DNA from: a virus | Length of the DNA: 64,000 bases | Reading direction: 5' to 3' (one strand) | Virus record (IMG/VR): IMGVR_UViG_3300012348_000111 | Location: 32,001 to 96,000 of that record | In this document: positions 47,380-57,943 of the stretch, in pieces | How positions within the stretch are numbered: position 1 is the stretch's first letter | Layout of the letters: every line of letters begins with the position of its first letter | Program-made: the position numbers and the translations under genes | Notes under the pieces: model-generated | Seen by the model: the letters and a program-made list of their open reading frames with translations, nothing else | Database searches by the model: none | What the model was told of the DNA's origin: nothing

Positions 47380-48096
47380 TTATTCAGAATTTTTAGTTAA
47401 ACGATCATCTGCGTAAACAGATTGAGATTGATTGTCATTTGCTTGTGCGGCAAACTTAACAGCTAGATCAACAATGTCATCTTTAGAGTACTCTGGTAGT
47501 TCACAATCATTATTAGTAGAAGAAGTACCATCAAACTTTGTATAACCTTGGATGTCTATTTTTTGCGGATAGCGAAGGTAGTTGATGAAAACTTTATCTA
47601 TCTGAAATGTGTCGTCGGTATATACTGTTAATTCATCATTCCCTAACGTTACTAACGTGGTTCTCCATTCAAAAGAGGGGGAAAAGTTAACATCTAGATA
47701 CCTAGTAGTTAAATCACCAGACTTAACTAAATCATTTGTTAAAATTGCTTCGCAGTTATTTTTGTTTGCTACAGTATATGAACTAATATAGAACATATAA
47801 TCTTTAGCATCTGACAGAGAGCAACTATATCCTTTACGTAACAGATCGTTTGTTTTTACGGGTTTAAGCTCAATATCACCTACTTTAAGTATCTGAACAT
47901 CATCTATTCTTTTACGGATAGATTCAAATCCAGATCTATAAATATTATTTGGGTTAATTTTTGTTTTAACCCAAGACATCTGAGCTTTATTTAAATAGAC
48001 AATGATATCTTCGATAGGAACGTTTACATTGTCCTGTCTATTAACTTTATTTAAAGCTAACTTAAATTCGTAAACTAATTCTTCTACTGATATCAT
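47380..48096 (-). CDS. Ring/adaptor protein
   Basis: YLNKAQ...YLRYP...CELPE....IVDLAV motif. Confidence 0.75.
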   Translation of the reverse strand: MISVEELVYEFKLALNKVNRQDNVNVPIEDIIVYLNKAQMSWVKTKINPNNIYRSGFESIRKRIDDVQILKVGDIELKPVKTNDLLRKGYSCSLSDAKDYMFYISSYTVANKNNCEAILTNDLVKSGDLTTRYLDVNFSPSFEWRTTLVTLGNDELTVYTDDTFQIDKVFINYLRYPQKIDIQGYTKFDGTSSTNNDCELPEYSKDDIVDLAVKFAAQANDNQSQSVYADDRLTKNSE

Positions 48097-48115
48097 TGTC
48101 TATTATTATTTAGTC

Positions 48116-49057
48116 TTAAAGACTATTCATTCTATACTTGTTAATTAACTTTTCTTTGAAGGCTTCGTATTCTTCTGTATGTTTTGGATCAGCCAAGAAT
48201 AATTCAAATTCTTCAATTGATTTAGACCATACAAATTCTCCTTCATATACAATACCACTTTTAACTCTCACTACGTTTTCACTAACAAGGTCTTTAACCA
48301 AAGCTTTAACGTCTAACAAGTCATCTGAGTAAGCTGTAATTGTATTAAACTTCTCAATAGGATCATAACCTAGTCCTGAAGTAGAAGTACGCAAGAACTC
48401 ATCAATTGCATTATATACTTCTTCTTCTGTAGCTAAGTTAGATAATCCCAAACCGATAAGTTTTTGGATTTTCTTACGTTTCAAAGAACTAATAGTATCA
48501 AGAGTAGCAATTGCACTATTGATGCGTTTCTTACGTTCAAAAGTAGATTTAGTTTCAATTTCTCCATCGTAAACATAAAATCTTACAATGTTAGTATCAA
48601 CTCTCTTACTTTCTACTTCATCTAGAGATTTTGCAATCATTTCGGTTTCCATCAACCAGTAATAGTTTACTGCGTCTCTTGGATTATCCATATTGAAAAG
48701 ATTATCTGTATCTTCTAGATTGTATCCATTTTCTTTTATTTCATCATAGAACGTACTGTTTGGTTCTAAAGATTCGTCAAGGATTGATTCGTAATAAAGT
48801 CTTAAACTTTTTACTCTTTCGAATTCTTGATCTCTAGCAGTAGAACTTTCGATTGCTCTAATTCTAATAGAGTTTTCATCAAGTCCAGTTCTAATTACAC
48901 CACGTGAATCAACACGAGGGAAAAATTTCTTAATTGTTCCAGGTACAAAATTGTAACCTTCTTTGTACAACGACCCTTCTAATGTTCTCATATTAGAGGG
49001 TTCTCTTCTGATTGGGCGAATTACTTTTACGCCTTTTGATTGATTGGTTTCTGACAT
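48116..49057 (-). CDS. Conserved Crassvirales MCP-adjacent protein (gene 75-like)
   Basis: Position right after the MCP; RTGLDE motif. Start probably MSETNQ (49057) rather than 49084. Confidence 0.6.
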   Translation of the reverse strand: MSETNQSKGVKVIRPIRREPSNMRTLEGSLYKEGYNFVPGTIKKFFPRVDSRGVIRTGLDENSIRIRAIESSTARDQEFERVKSLRLYYESILDESLEPNSTFYDEIKENGYNLEDTDNLFNMDNPRDAVNYYWLMETEMIAKSLDEVESKRVDTNIVRFYVYDGEIETKSTFERKKRINSAIATLDTISSLKRKKIQKLIGLGLSNLATEEEVYNAIDEFLRTSTSGLGYDPIEKFNTITAYSDDLLDVKALVKDLVSENVVRVKSGIVYEGEFVWSKSIEEFELFLADPKHTEEYEAFKEKLINKYRMNSL

Positions 49058-49086
49058 ATTTGTTGGTTTATTTTTTAAAGCCAATT

Positions 49087-49108
49087 GGGAGGGCTTTTAT
49101 ACCCTCCC
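49087..49108. other. GC-rich stem-loop downstream of the MCP
   Basis: GGGAGGG-N8-CCCTCCC; T-tract only on the plus side, so on the MCP transcript it is more likely a stabiliser or partial terminator. Confidence 0.55.
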
Positions 49109-49130
49109 TTTTTGACCTAGATTTTATTTA

Positions 49131-50660
49131 TTAGAGACGTGGGAATTCTTTGATGATCACTGTTTTGGTAGGATCTTCCAAGAAAATACCACAGAAGTCT
49201 TTCATGATGTAAGTAGAGTAAGGATCTTTACTTGCTACTACAGTCTGTGATTGACCGAATCCAGTAGTACCAGGGATATAGTGATACTGCATGTTAGGAC
49301 GAGTAGACAATTTTACCTCACGGATACCAGCACCTTCTTGACCAGATACATCCAAGATAATGAAAATTGGAGGAGTCTTCTTGTTAGGACCTAATTCCAA
49401 GAAAGTAGCATGCATGTTCAATTGTTCTAGTTCTACGAACTCAACTGGACCAGTTTCTACAGTCATGAAGTGATCGAATTGGAAAGCATAACCTTGCTTC
49501 AAGCGATCTTTACCATCCAAGAATTTCTCAGCGTCAACCATAAAGTTTTGACCATTGAAGTCTTTGCGAATAGCAGTAGATGCCAATTCCATACCTGAAC
49601 GGTTAGTGTAAATTTTAACACGACGATCAGCCAATTTAACACGGTTATAGAACAAGTCTCCGATAGCTGCACGAATCAAGTTCAAAGAGAATTGACCTTT
49701 ATCGTAGTAGATAACGTTACCTAAGTGAAGTTGTTGCCACAAACCAGCTTTTAAACGGGTAGGACGACCTTTTTCATCTACGGTGTTACCTTGACGACCC
49801 CACATCAACATGTTTGCTTTCATACGCATCATTTCCATACGTAACAAACGAGATACTGTAGGTTCCCAACCAACGATCTTAGTTTTTTCAGCAGTAGCGT
49901 TAGGATCAGTTACAGAGTAGTAGGTGATATCCATAGGATTACCAGTAGCATCTGTAGGCATACCAAGTTTGGTTGCATCAGCCCAGTCAGTAAGAGTGTG
50001 CTCTACACCATATTGGTTAAGAACATCAGCCATAACTTCCAAGTTACCATCAAACAAACCAAGTCCAGAGAATGAAGTGGTGTACTCACCCAATACGTTA
50101 CCAATTTTGAAGTATTCAGTACCTACTGTCAAGAAACGAGCAGGAACAGCATCAGCAGCAGTTGCACCAGCAGCACGACATTTAAATTTGTAACCATTTT
50201 GATGACGCTCACCTTCAGATACGATTTGAACCTGAACTTCTTGCTCATAACGATGTGCAGTGATGATATCGTTTACAGCAAATGCATTCTTATCGAATAC
50301 CAATTCAAATTCAGCTCCATCAGCACCTTTAGCTGAATCGCTAGCACCAAAGCCTACAATAACTTTAGGAAGTTCTGCACGCTTCTTAATTTTGTAGGTA
50401 AAGATACCATTAGGATCATTTACCATGAAGGGTTTCTCAGACTTCATTACTGTATCCAACAAATCGTTAGAATACAATTGAGTGTCTGTGAAAAGACGCA
50501 ACATCATTTTGTCATACTGATCAGGCTTTGTACGCAACATAGTTTCTACAAAGTTCTTTTCAGTGAATTTACCCAAGGCGTTCTTACTATAGAACGAGCT
50601 AGTCATGTGGGCATTGGCTATCACACGACCATTAACTCTTGGAATGTTTTGATTAGGCAT
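49131..50660 (-). CDS. Major capsid protein
   Basis: 509 aa; GLWQQL, G..LEDPTK C-terminal motif; higher GC and biased codons; follows portal and scaffold. Confidence 0.88.
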   Translation of the reverse strand: MPNQNIPRVNGRVIANAHMTSSFYSKNALGKFTEKNFVETMLRTKPDQYDKMMLRLFTDTQLYSNDLLDTVMKSEKPFMVNDPNGIFTYKIKKRAELPKVIVGFGASDSAKGADGAEFELVFDKNAFAVNDIITAHRYEQEVQVQIVSEGERHQNGYKFKCRAAGATAADAVPARFLTVGTEYFKIGNVLGEYTTSFSGLGLFDGNLEVMADVLNQYGVEHTLTDWADATKLGMPTDATGNPMDITYYSVTDPNATAEKTKIVGWEPTVSRLLRMEMMRMKANMLMWGRQGNTVDEKGRPTRLKAGLWQQLHLGNVIYYDKGQFSLNLIRAAIGDLFYNRVKLADRRVKIYTNRSGMELASTAIRKDFNGQNFMVDAEKFLDGKDRLKQGYAFQFDHFMTVETGPVEFVELEQLNMHATFLELGPNKKTPPIFIILDVSGQEGAGIREVKLSTRPNMQYHYIPGTTGFGQSQTVVASKDPYSTYIMKDFCGIFLEDPTKTVIIKEFPRL

Positions 50661-50687
50661 AATTATTTATGTGTATTAGTGTTTGTG

Positions 50688-51851
50688 TTATCTAAAATAT
50701 TTTGCAAATAAATCATCTTGTTTACCTGATTTACTTGATGTTTTTGTTTTTGTTTTTAGACCTTTGAAAATTGTATTTGTTTCTTCACTTACTGCTTTCT
50801 TTTTAACAGGACTTAGATCCAAATCTTTTTGAACTAATCTTGCTACAGCTAAAAACTTTTTAGGGTCTTCTTGACGCATTGTAGCTAGACGATATTCAAA
50901 ATCAGATATTCTTTGACCGTTAGGAAGAACGTGTGGTTTATCTAAAACAAAAGAAAATAGTTCTTCAGCATCGGAGTTATTAATAGGATATCCTTGAATA
51001 TCTCCAGCCTTTACTGATTCTTCTAACGTTTTAGCATAAAGTTCTTCTCTTTCTTGCTCACGTTTTTGAATATCTTGCATTCTTACTTCTGCTTCTTGAG
51101 CTAAACGTAGACGTTCTTCTTGCATTTTTTCTACCAATTTACCTTGATATTTTCCTGCATAAGCTTCTAGTCTTCCGTTATCTCTAGCATAAGCTAACTG
51201 ATCCTCGATTTCATCATCGTCCATTCCAGTCTTTGCTAAGTAAAGTCTAAAGATTCTTTCCTGATTTATTTCTTCAGAAAGATCTACATTCTCTACTGTT
51301 TGTTCATTACTGAACATTTGCAAATACTGAGGAACTGGAACCTTATTAATAAAGATGTCTTCGATTAACTTTACTCCAGCTTCACCGTATGTTTCCATTG
51401 CTAATTCTTCCATCTTAGCCCACATACGATTGTCTACAGTTTTTTCCATCACGTTAATGAATGATTTTTCATTCCATTCTTCAACTTGATTATCTTCATC
51501 TTCAAGATCTAGAATTCCTGCTTGAGCAAGACCCTTTGCAAATACTTCGAAGGTGTTGTCTGATTCATCATCATCATCATCATCTGATGTAGTATCTTCT
51601 TCCTCTTCTTCTTCTTCCTCTTCTTTAGGAGTTGGAGGTGTTGGTGTTATTTCTTTCTTAGGTAGAGGTAAATCATCTTCAGAATCATCTGAATCAGTAT
51701 CCTCTAAAGGATCAAAATCTTCACCGTTTAAAATATCTGGTTTGATATTTTCGTTAGGGTCTGGAGTAAGTCCATCTGAATCATCCAGAGGATCGTTATC
51801 CATAAAACTTTCAAAGAACTCTAAACTTTCGAGTTTGTTATCGGTACTCAT
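50688..51851 (-). CDS. Acidic scaffold-like protein (gene 77-like)
   Basis: D/E-rich N-terminus, coiled coil, directly upstream of the MCP. Confidence 0.7.
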   Translation of the reverse strand: MSTDNKLESLEFFESFMDNDPLDDSDGLTPDPNENIKPDILNGEDFDPLEDTDSDDSEDDLPLPKKEITPTPPTPKEEEEEEEEEDTTSDDDDDDESDNTFEVFAKGLAQAGILDLEDEDNQVEEWNEKSFINVMEKTVDNRMWAKMEELAMETYGEAGVKLIEDIFINKVPVPQYLQMFSNEQTVENVDLSEEINQERIFRLYLAKTGMDDDEIEDQLAYARDNGRLEAYAGKYQGKLVEKMQEERLRLAQEAEVRMQDIQKREQEREELYAKTLEESVKAGDIQGYPINNSDAEELFSFVLDKPHVLPNGQRISDFEYRLATMRQEDPKKFLAVARLVQKDLDLSPVKKKAVSEETNTIFKGLKTKTKTSSKSGKQDDLFAKYFR

Positions 51852-51873
51852 AATGGTTGGTTTTAGTTTAATT

Positions 51874-51903
51874 CAAAAATAGTATTTTAAAAAAATAACA
51901 CAA
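51874..51903 (-). promoter_or_regulatory. Bacteroidota-type promoter of the scaffold/MCP operon
   Basis: TTG-N19-TATTTTTG. Confidence 0.75.
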
Positions 51904-51935
51904 GATGTTAATAATTTCGGGTAGTACTATAGCTA

Positions 51936-54389
51936 TTACTTCTTACCTTTAGGTTTATCGTATTGATTTTTGTTAATAGTAGCTATCTTTAACTTATTAT
52001 CAATATCCTTTTCCTTAAGTTGTAACTCTTTCTCTTTCAATGACATCTCTTTAGATTTTACTGCTTTTTCAAAGTTTTGCTTAGAAATATCTTGAGAAAG
52101 TTTAGTTTGTTTAATAAGAAGATCTGTGGTATCTACTGTAGGACTGAATGAACCCTCATTAGCAATACCTCTTAGTTTTTCTACCTCTAATCGGTTTTGT
52201 CTATCTAGTTCTTTATTCATGTCTTCTCTTTGAGCATCTTCCATTCTACGCTGTTCTTCAACCTGCAACTTCATTTGGAATTGTTCTTGTTGTTGCTGCA
52301 TTTGCTGTTGTTGCATAGCGTTTTGTTGATCAAGGATAGCTTGCTTACGTTTTTGTACATCTTGAAGAGTTCTACGTAATGAACGTTCTGAATCAGCAGT
52401 AAACAAATCTAACATCTCAGAAAGTTCTGCTCCATTCTGCATAGCAGGTTGAGCTAACTGTTTAAGTTGTTCAAGAGTTTGTTTATCTTCAGCATAAGAA
52501 GTTACAAATACAAATAGTTCGTGAAGAAGTTCGTTATTATTGATTCTTAAGAAAACATTCTCTAAATCTGTATTTAAGTAGTTTAGAGTAGATGTAGGTT
52601 TTTGTAATTCTACATATTGAGAAATTTCAAGTATAGTTTGGTACACATCTCTTAATACTGAATCGTGGAAAGCAAACCAGTTTTCTGTTTGAGCAAATGA
52701 TTGTTGTAAAGCATTGTTGTTTACAGTTGCTGCTTCAGATGCTTGTGCTGATCCCAAACGTTGTGGAGTAATACCAATAAGTTGATAAGCTTCTACTCTT
52801 AATTGTTGTGCTAATTGAATACGTACTTGGATTTCAGCAGAACGAGTTAAATCTAAACGAGAGAACTGATTAAATTGTACTGCTCCTCCTGTATTTTCAA
52901 TAGAAGTATCGATAAGCAATGTGCCTCTATTCTTTGCGTTCCAAAGCATTGTTTCAATTGGATCTTGAGAATCTTTACGAGGAACTACTTTCATGTCTCC
53001 CAAGAACACTACACCTATTTCTTTTTCAAGAAGTTCCCATAACTGATTCATACAGATATTATAAAGAACTTGATAAGGTTTAATAAGATCTAGAAGTGAT
53101 TTACCTTGAGTGTTTCTAGAAGTATTGATAATACCTACAATAGGTGCTCTATCGATAAACTCCAAAGGTTCTACATCAATATAAATATCTGCTCCAATCT
53201 TTACTCCTTTCCACCACTCATTAATCCAAAGTTCTTCTAATGAGATATCGCCAGCTTCTTTGTCAAAACCATAATCTTCAGACACAAACATTTCTTGTTG
53301 GTATCCTTCTTCATCCATGTATGTACGTTTGAAGATTTTCTTTTTTGATTGCCAGTAAGAAGTAACAACAGTAAATGCGTGTTGAGAGTTAAATGAGAAT
53401 ACGTTAGTATCTATACCACCATTAGCAAAGTCACCTACGTTTTCAAAAGTAAGTTGCCATAATGGATCTTGAGGATCTGGAAGAGCTGGAGCTAATGGAG
53501 AGTATTCGTTATTACGTAAGTTTTGTAAAGCCCTTTCATTTAAGTGTTCTACTTCTTCTCCTGTTAGAGTATAACGATCAATAATTTCACTCATTGAAAG
53601 TACTTCGATAGTTCCTAGTGCCCAACAATCATCTGTTGTTTGAGCATTACGATTTGCCAAATACCACACGTTAGATGGGTTCTCTACTTTATAGTTAAAA
53701 CCGATACGTGAGTTGTCTGGATAGAAGTGGTGAAACTCTTTACCTGTAATTAGAAAGTCTAAGAAAGCTTGTTGAGATTTATCTTTAAAATTAAAAGTAT
53801 ATTTTAAAGCTGTTAGAAGCTTATTACCCCATTCTTCAGCAGTAGATGTGTAGTCAAGAATTTGGTTTTGAACTTGTTGTTCCATTTGCATTCTTTGCTC
53901 TGGATCTATCTCTTGACCTTCTAGTGAAGCATATAGATTTTGAAGAAAGAAATCTTTAATAAGATTTGTTCTATAATCTATAGTTTCGTTAATTGCTTCA
54001 TCGTCTATAGCTTTAACTTTATATTTATGGGGTCTATTGTTTAGTTCTCCTTTTAATTGATTAATAGGAGGAGTTACAATAGAATAGTGTTTTAAGTGTT
54101 GTGGAATTTCAGGATCTTGTTCAGGTACATCTGACAAGTACTGAACCATTTCTTGAATCTCTGCAGAATTGTTATAGTCTTCAAAGTTAAATTCACCATT
54201 GAACAATCTGTAGTTTTTACGAAATGTTACATTTTGTTTGTATTGAGCAAAAGCAATATTTGCAAAATAATCAAGGGTAGATTTAATCCAATGTTCAGTT
54301 TCTTTCTCTTTCTTAGAAATAAATTGTTTTGGATAGAAGTACGCGTGATTTACTGGATCAGTGTACTCTTTTAATGCTTCAATTATCAT
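51936..54389 (-). CDS. Portal protein
   Basis: 817 aa; LKHY.I..P.IN.L.GE, WINEWW.G.KIG, SL.DL.KPYQ.LYN, GITPQRLG; Gln-rich tail. Confidence 0.9.
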   Translation of the reverse strand: MIIEALKEYTDPVNHAYFYPKQFISKKEKETEHWIKSTLDYFANIAFAQYKQNVTFRKNYRLFNGEFNFEDYNNSAEIQEMVQYLSDVPEQDPEIPQHLKHYSIVTPPINQLKGELNNRPHKYKVKAIDDEAINETIDYRTNLIKDFFLQNLYASLEGQEIDPEQRMQMEQQVQNQILDYTSTAEEWGNKLLTALKYTFNFKDKSQQAFLDFLITGKEFHHFYPDNSRIGFNYKVENPSNVWYLANRNAQTTDDCWALGTIEVLSMSEIIDRYTLTGEEVEHLNERALQNLRNNEYSPLAPALPDPQDPLWQLTFENVGDFANGGIDTNVFSFNSQHAFTVVTSYWQSKKKIFKRTYMDEEGYQQEMFVSEDYGFDKEAGDISLEELWINEWWKGVKIGADIYIDVEPLEFIDRAPIVGIINTSRNTQGKSLLDLIKPYQVLYNICMNQLWELLEKEIGVVFLGDMKVVPRKDSQDPIETMLWNAKNRGTLLIDTSIENTGGAVQFNQFSRLDLTRSAEIQVRIQLAQQLRVEAYQLIGITPQRLGSAQASEAATVNNNALQQSFAQTENWFAFHDSVLRDVYQTILEISQYVELQKPTSTLNYLNTDLENVFLRINNNELLHELFVFVTSYAEDKQTLEQLKQLAQPAMQNGAELSEMLDLFTADSERSLRRTLQDVQKRKQAILDQQNAMQQQQMQQQQEQFQMKLQVEEQRRMEDAQREDMNKELDRQNRLEVEKLRGIANEGSFSPTVDTTDLLIKQTKLSQDISKQNFEKAVKSKEMSLKEKELQLKEKDIDNKLKIATINKNQYDKPKGKK

Positions 54390-54400
54390 TTGTGTGTTGT

Positions 54401-56407
54401 TTAAAGTCTAAATGGGGAACGTGTTTGTCTAAAAAGAGATGGTTTTTTTGTAGATCTAAAATACTCTTTCATACGAGTATCATCATCATTGTTTCTAATT
54501 ACTACTTGAGTATTTAGTGATTTTGCCATAGCAAGTGTTAAGCCGAAAGAAACTACTCGGTCAACGTTAAGTTTAGGGGTAAATTTAATAAGTTCTTTAA
54601 GTAAGAGTGGGTCTAATATTCTAGACACACCTAATCTTTCTCTTGTTGTATTTCCTTGTTCGTCTCTTTCTATATCAATTACTTCTGTTAGATATTCTAT
54701 GATTAAGGAAAGGATATAGTTTTTTATATCTTTAGTCATGTGTATTCCATAATCACGATTAACAGTAGAGTTAGGATGTATATCGTTAAGAAAAGTAGGT
54801 GTTCTTTCGAGAAGTCTTTGTCCTTCATTTTTATCTACGCAATGCTGTATAAAACCATAGTCCATGTTTTCGACTAATGATTTAGCGTTATAGTATTTAA
54901 GTAATAGTTTGGTTGTTTCATACCAGGTATCTATCTTTTTAGGACGACCCGTATAAGAAGCTACTACTATGTTTTGCCAACCTTCACCAGCTAATCCGTG
55001 TACTCTTTTGTATATGTAGGTTGAACCTAAAGATGTAGAGTAATGAGCTTGAGATTGTTTGTATGGGTCAGTTCCAGCTGTGTAAAGACCATAGGGTGCG
55101 TCCATTAAAGGATATTCCCATATTTGAATACATCCTTCTAGATTATCTGAAGGTTTGGTTGGAAAGTTTTCTACAGGTTTTTTATCTGTAAATTTATGTC
55201 TCACTTTACCTTCAACATCTAAGTATAATTCTACGTTATCAGCTTTAATGTCTTGATTGATAAGTTTACTTAGTTGTTCTTGAAGTAAGTCTACTGGAAA
55301 AATGTTTTGAGATAATTCTAAGAAACACTCTTCATGTGTTAGAGGATAATACATTACCTCTTTAAGGTAAGCCTCTAGACCACTAGATTTCTTTGTTTGT
55401 TCTCTAGTCTTTAGGATCTGTTCTTTACCTTTTTCTTCATCTGCTATCCAAATAGTTATATTGTCTAATTCAGATGCTTCTTTTACTTCTAAATGTAATC
55501 CTAATGGTACTGGGGTTTTAGGTACTTTAAGAGATTTTGTTCCTGGTACAAACAAACCATATGACTTTCCTGTTTCATTTGTTTCAACTGAAAGAAAGTT
55601 ATAAGCTTCTGGATTATTGAAGAGTTCTTCAAGATCTCCTGCTTTAGTCATGTCTCCAGAAGTTCCAATAACAATAGGAGAACAACGCCATCCATAAGGT
55701 GAGTCAAAACAAGGAATGGTCGCAGCAAGACAAGCTAACATATCTCCTTTACCTGCTTCTTCTAACATAAAAGAAGAAAGTGTAAGACCTGCTGCTGCTT
55801 CCGTATTGTTTCCTTCATTGAAGTTTCTTACGTGAATCTTTGACCATTCATGTCTTTGGTTGGTTTTTTTGTCTTTATATCCAAGAGTTACTTGTCTTTT
55901 CCAATCGTCTTCTATACGAGGAAATCTAAAATACTCTGGTAAGTTTCTAAGAGTTAAATCTACGGCTTGAGTAGTATTGTTTAAGTCAGGTTGATTTAGA
56001 GCTGAGATAAGGTGATCTCCACCTTTAAGAGTAATTGCTTTATGTGCAATATAAGACGATGTGAGCATAGTCTTTGAAATACGACGACTACCTACAATAA
56101 CAACACCTTTCTTTCCATCTTCATGTGTTTCTGCTCTTGTGATAGCATTATCGATTTCAAAGTAAGTATCCCATAGCTGAGGTCTACCTAATTGACGAAC
56201 TACTCTTTTACCTTGTTGTATATCTAAGTAAAGAGAAGCATAGTTTAAATGCCAATAAATAAAAGGAGAAAAATAAAAACCATTGATTGTTATACCTTCA
56301 GTAATTTTTTTATCTTCATTTTCCCAAAATGCAGTATACTCCCTTGATTCTGGATCAGGGATTGATTTAACATTTATTAGAAATTCCGAACTATTAAAAT
56401 TACTCAT
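54401..56407 (-). CDS. terL: Terminase large subunit
   Basis: Walker A-like GSRRISKT, Walker B FMLEEAG, motif C GTSG, nuclease AGTDPY...E...DRV. Confidence 0.92.
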   Translation of the reverse strand: MSNFNSSEFLINVKSIPDPESREYTAFWENEDKKITEGITINGFYFSPFIYWHLNYASLYLDIQQGKRVVRQLGRPQLWDTYFEIDNAITRAETHEDGKKGVVIVGSRRISKTMLTSSYIAHKAITLKGGDHLISALNQPDLNNTTQAVDLTLRNLPEYFRFPRIEDDWKRQVTLGYKDKKTNQRHEWSKIHVRNFNEGNNTEAAAGLTLSSFMLEEAGKGDMLACLAATIPCFDSPYGWRCSPIVIGTSGDMTKAGDLEELFNNPEAYNFLSVETNETGKSYGLFVPGTKSLKVPKTPVPLGLHLEVKEASELDNITIWIADEEKGKEQILKTREQTKKSSGLEAYLKEVMYYPLTHEECFLELSQNIFPVDLLQEQLSKLINQDIKADNVELYLDVEGKVRHKFTDKKPVENFPTKPSDNLEGCIQIWEYPLMDAPYGLYTAGTDPYKQSQAHYSTSLGSTYIYKRVHGLAGEGWQNIVVASYTGRPKKIDTWYETTKLLLKYYNAKSLVENMDYGFIQHCVDKNEGQRLLERTPTFLNDIHPNSTVNRDYGIHMTKDIKNYILSLIIEYLTEVIDIERDEQGNTTRERLGVSRILDPLLLKELIKFTPKLNVDRVVSFGLTLAMAKSLNTQVVIRNNDDDTRMKEYFRSTKKPSLFRQTRSPFRL

Positions 56408-56412
56408 TAGTA

Positions 56413-56730
56413 TTATTCAAATCGTTTCATTTTACCATTTATCTCTTGAGAGCCTCTAGCTTCAGCTTTCTGCTCTTCTTTTTCTCTTAGCTTATCTACC
56501 ACTTCAAGTAAGGCAAGATATTCCTTCATAGTGTCTCTAAGAGACTTAATTTGAGATTCTATAGAAGCAATTACCATAGGCATGGTTCCACCTTTAGATG
56601 TTGGCTTCCATTCTATTCTGTCCTTTAGAGTATTGATGGGGTTAGCATCAATATAATCTCTCCATTCTGTTAACTTAGATTCAGCCCAATCTAGTTCTGC
56701 AGATACGTATGTTTGTTTTTTAGTTGCCAT
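56413..56730 (-). CDS. Conserved helical protein upstream of TerL (TerS candidate)
   Basis: 105-aa helical protein ending E.RG...; position. Confidence 0.5.
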   Translation of the reverse strand: MATKKQTYVSAELDWAESKLTEWRDYIDANPINTLKDRIEWKPTSKGGTMPMVIASIESQIKSLRDTMKEYLALLEVVDKLREKEEQKAEARGSQEINGKMKRFE

Positions 56731-56929
56731 ACTTTTCTAAAAATTCTTCTAAGTCTAAATTGGATAAATCTTCAAGGACAGTAGTGTAGAAATCTTCTTG
56801 TTTACCTGTGTGATGATAAGCATAACCTGCTTTCCAAAATATCTTCCATGTTGCATAGAGTTTATCTTGAAGAGTTGGGTTTAGATTTAAAGGTTTCTTT
56901 TTTAATTGATTGGTTGGTTGGTTTTCCAT
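56720..56929 (-). CDS. Hypothetical protein
   Basis: 69 aa, overlaps the next gene. Confidence 0.6.
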   Translation of the reverse strand: MENQPTNQLKKKPLNLNPTLQDKLYATWKIFWKAGYAYHHTGKQEDFYTTVLEDLSNLDLEEFLEKYGN

Positions 56930-56939
56930 AGTACGCTAA

Positions 56940-57065
56940 TTAGGCAGCTTTTAATTTCATGTAAGGCATAATGTAGACTTCTACACCACACTTAGTTCCT
57001 TTTTTACCACCACATCCATTGGTGACATTGAAACGTTTAACTTTAGGTTTTAAATTATTTTTCAT
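56940..57065 (-). CDS. Small basic protein (41 aa)
   Basis: Not in the ORF track: MKNNLKPKVKRFNVTNGCGGKKGTKCGVEVYIMPYMKLKAA*; fills the gap and overlaps the upstream stop. Confidence 0.55.
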   Translation of the reverse strand: MKNNLKPKVKRFNVTNGCGGKKGTKCGVEVYIMPYMKLKAA

Positions 57066-57432
57066 ATTTTGTCCATTTAAGGTCTTGTTGTTTATCAGGA
57101 TTTTTCTTATTCCAATATTCTATTCCGCAATTGGAATCGAGAGATGATACTTTGTACTGTATGACACATCCACATAGTGAACAATGAAATTCAGATCTGC
57201 TAGTCTCGTAGTTGTTACCTTTGAGGGATCTATATTCATCGGATACTTGTGCATTTCTGGAATTGTAGGGACAGTTGTTACATATGTCCATTCGCTCTGA
57301 GATAACTCTTTGCTTGTCTTCAGATAAAAGTTTAAATTGGTTTGCGACATCATTCTTTACTCCTTCTAATACTTTATCTATATTTTTCAACCCATTCTTC
57401 GTGAGTTGTAGATATTCTTTGAATTGATTCAT
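57055..57432 (-). CDS. Zn-finger protein
   Basis: RMDICNNCPYN...CSLCGC...K......C...W. Confidence 0.7.
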   Translation of the reverse strand: MNQFKEYLQLTKNGLKNIDKVLEGVKNDVANQFKLLSEDKQRVISERMDICNNCPYNSRNAQVSDEYRSLKGNNYETSRSEFHCSLCGCVIQYKVSSLDSNCGIEYWNKKNPDKQQDLKWTKYEK

Positions 57433-57943
57433 ATATTTCTTTGGTTTTTTGTGAAAGTAAAATATGTCTATTTATATTGTATTCGTATTGATCTTTCGAT
57501 ATAGCTCCTTTACTGTTCATTTTATGTAAACGAATTATATATGTGTCTAGTGTTTTTACAATCTTATCATAACGATTTAAAATAAGATTATATACTCCAG
57601 TTAGTTTTTTTACTGACTCTTCGCCTGCAGCAACTCTATCTTTGAGTACATTGTAATATTCCATTATGGAAGTTATCTTTTCAATATAGACTCTAGTTGC
57701 ACTCATTCCTTTTTTAGGATTAAATCTAATTTTACCTAATCCTTTTAACATTGCTTGAATAGAATCTCCTTCCAATAGTTCTTTAACTGTATTTTTAATG
57801 TACCAAGAATAGACTGAATCTATTTGGTCTATAGTTAAAGGTTGTTGAGTTGTTTTTGAAGCAGCCGCAACTTCAGAATATAAACCGTAAGATTTAAATT
57901 CTACACCTCTGTCTTTGTGGTTAGGAGTATCGTATTTAAACAT
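57374..57943 (-). CDS. HU/IHF-like protein
   Basis: Helical N-terminus, then L.EG...MLKGLGKIRF as in HU/IHF. Confidence 0.5.
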   Translation of the reverse strand: MFKYDTPNHKDRGVEFKSYGLYSEVAAASKTTQQPLTIDQIDSVYSWYIKNTVKELLEGDSIQAMLKGLGKIRFNPKKGMSATRVYIEKITSIMEYYNVLKDRVAAGEESVKKLTGVYNLILNRYDKIVKTLDTYIIRLHKMNSKGAISKDQYEYNINRHILLSQKTKEIYESIQRISTTHEEWVEKYR

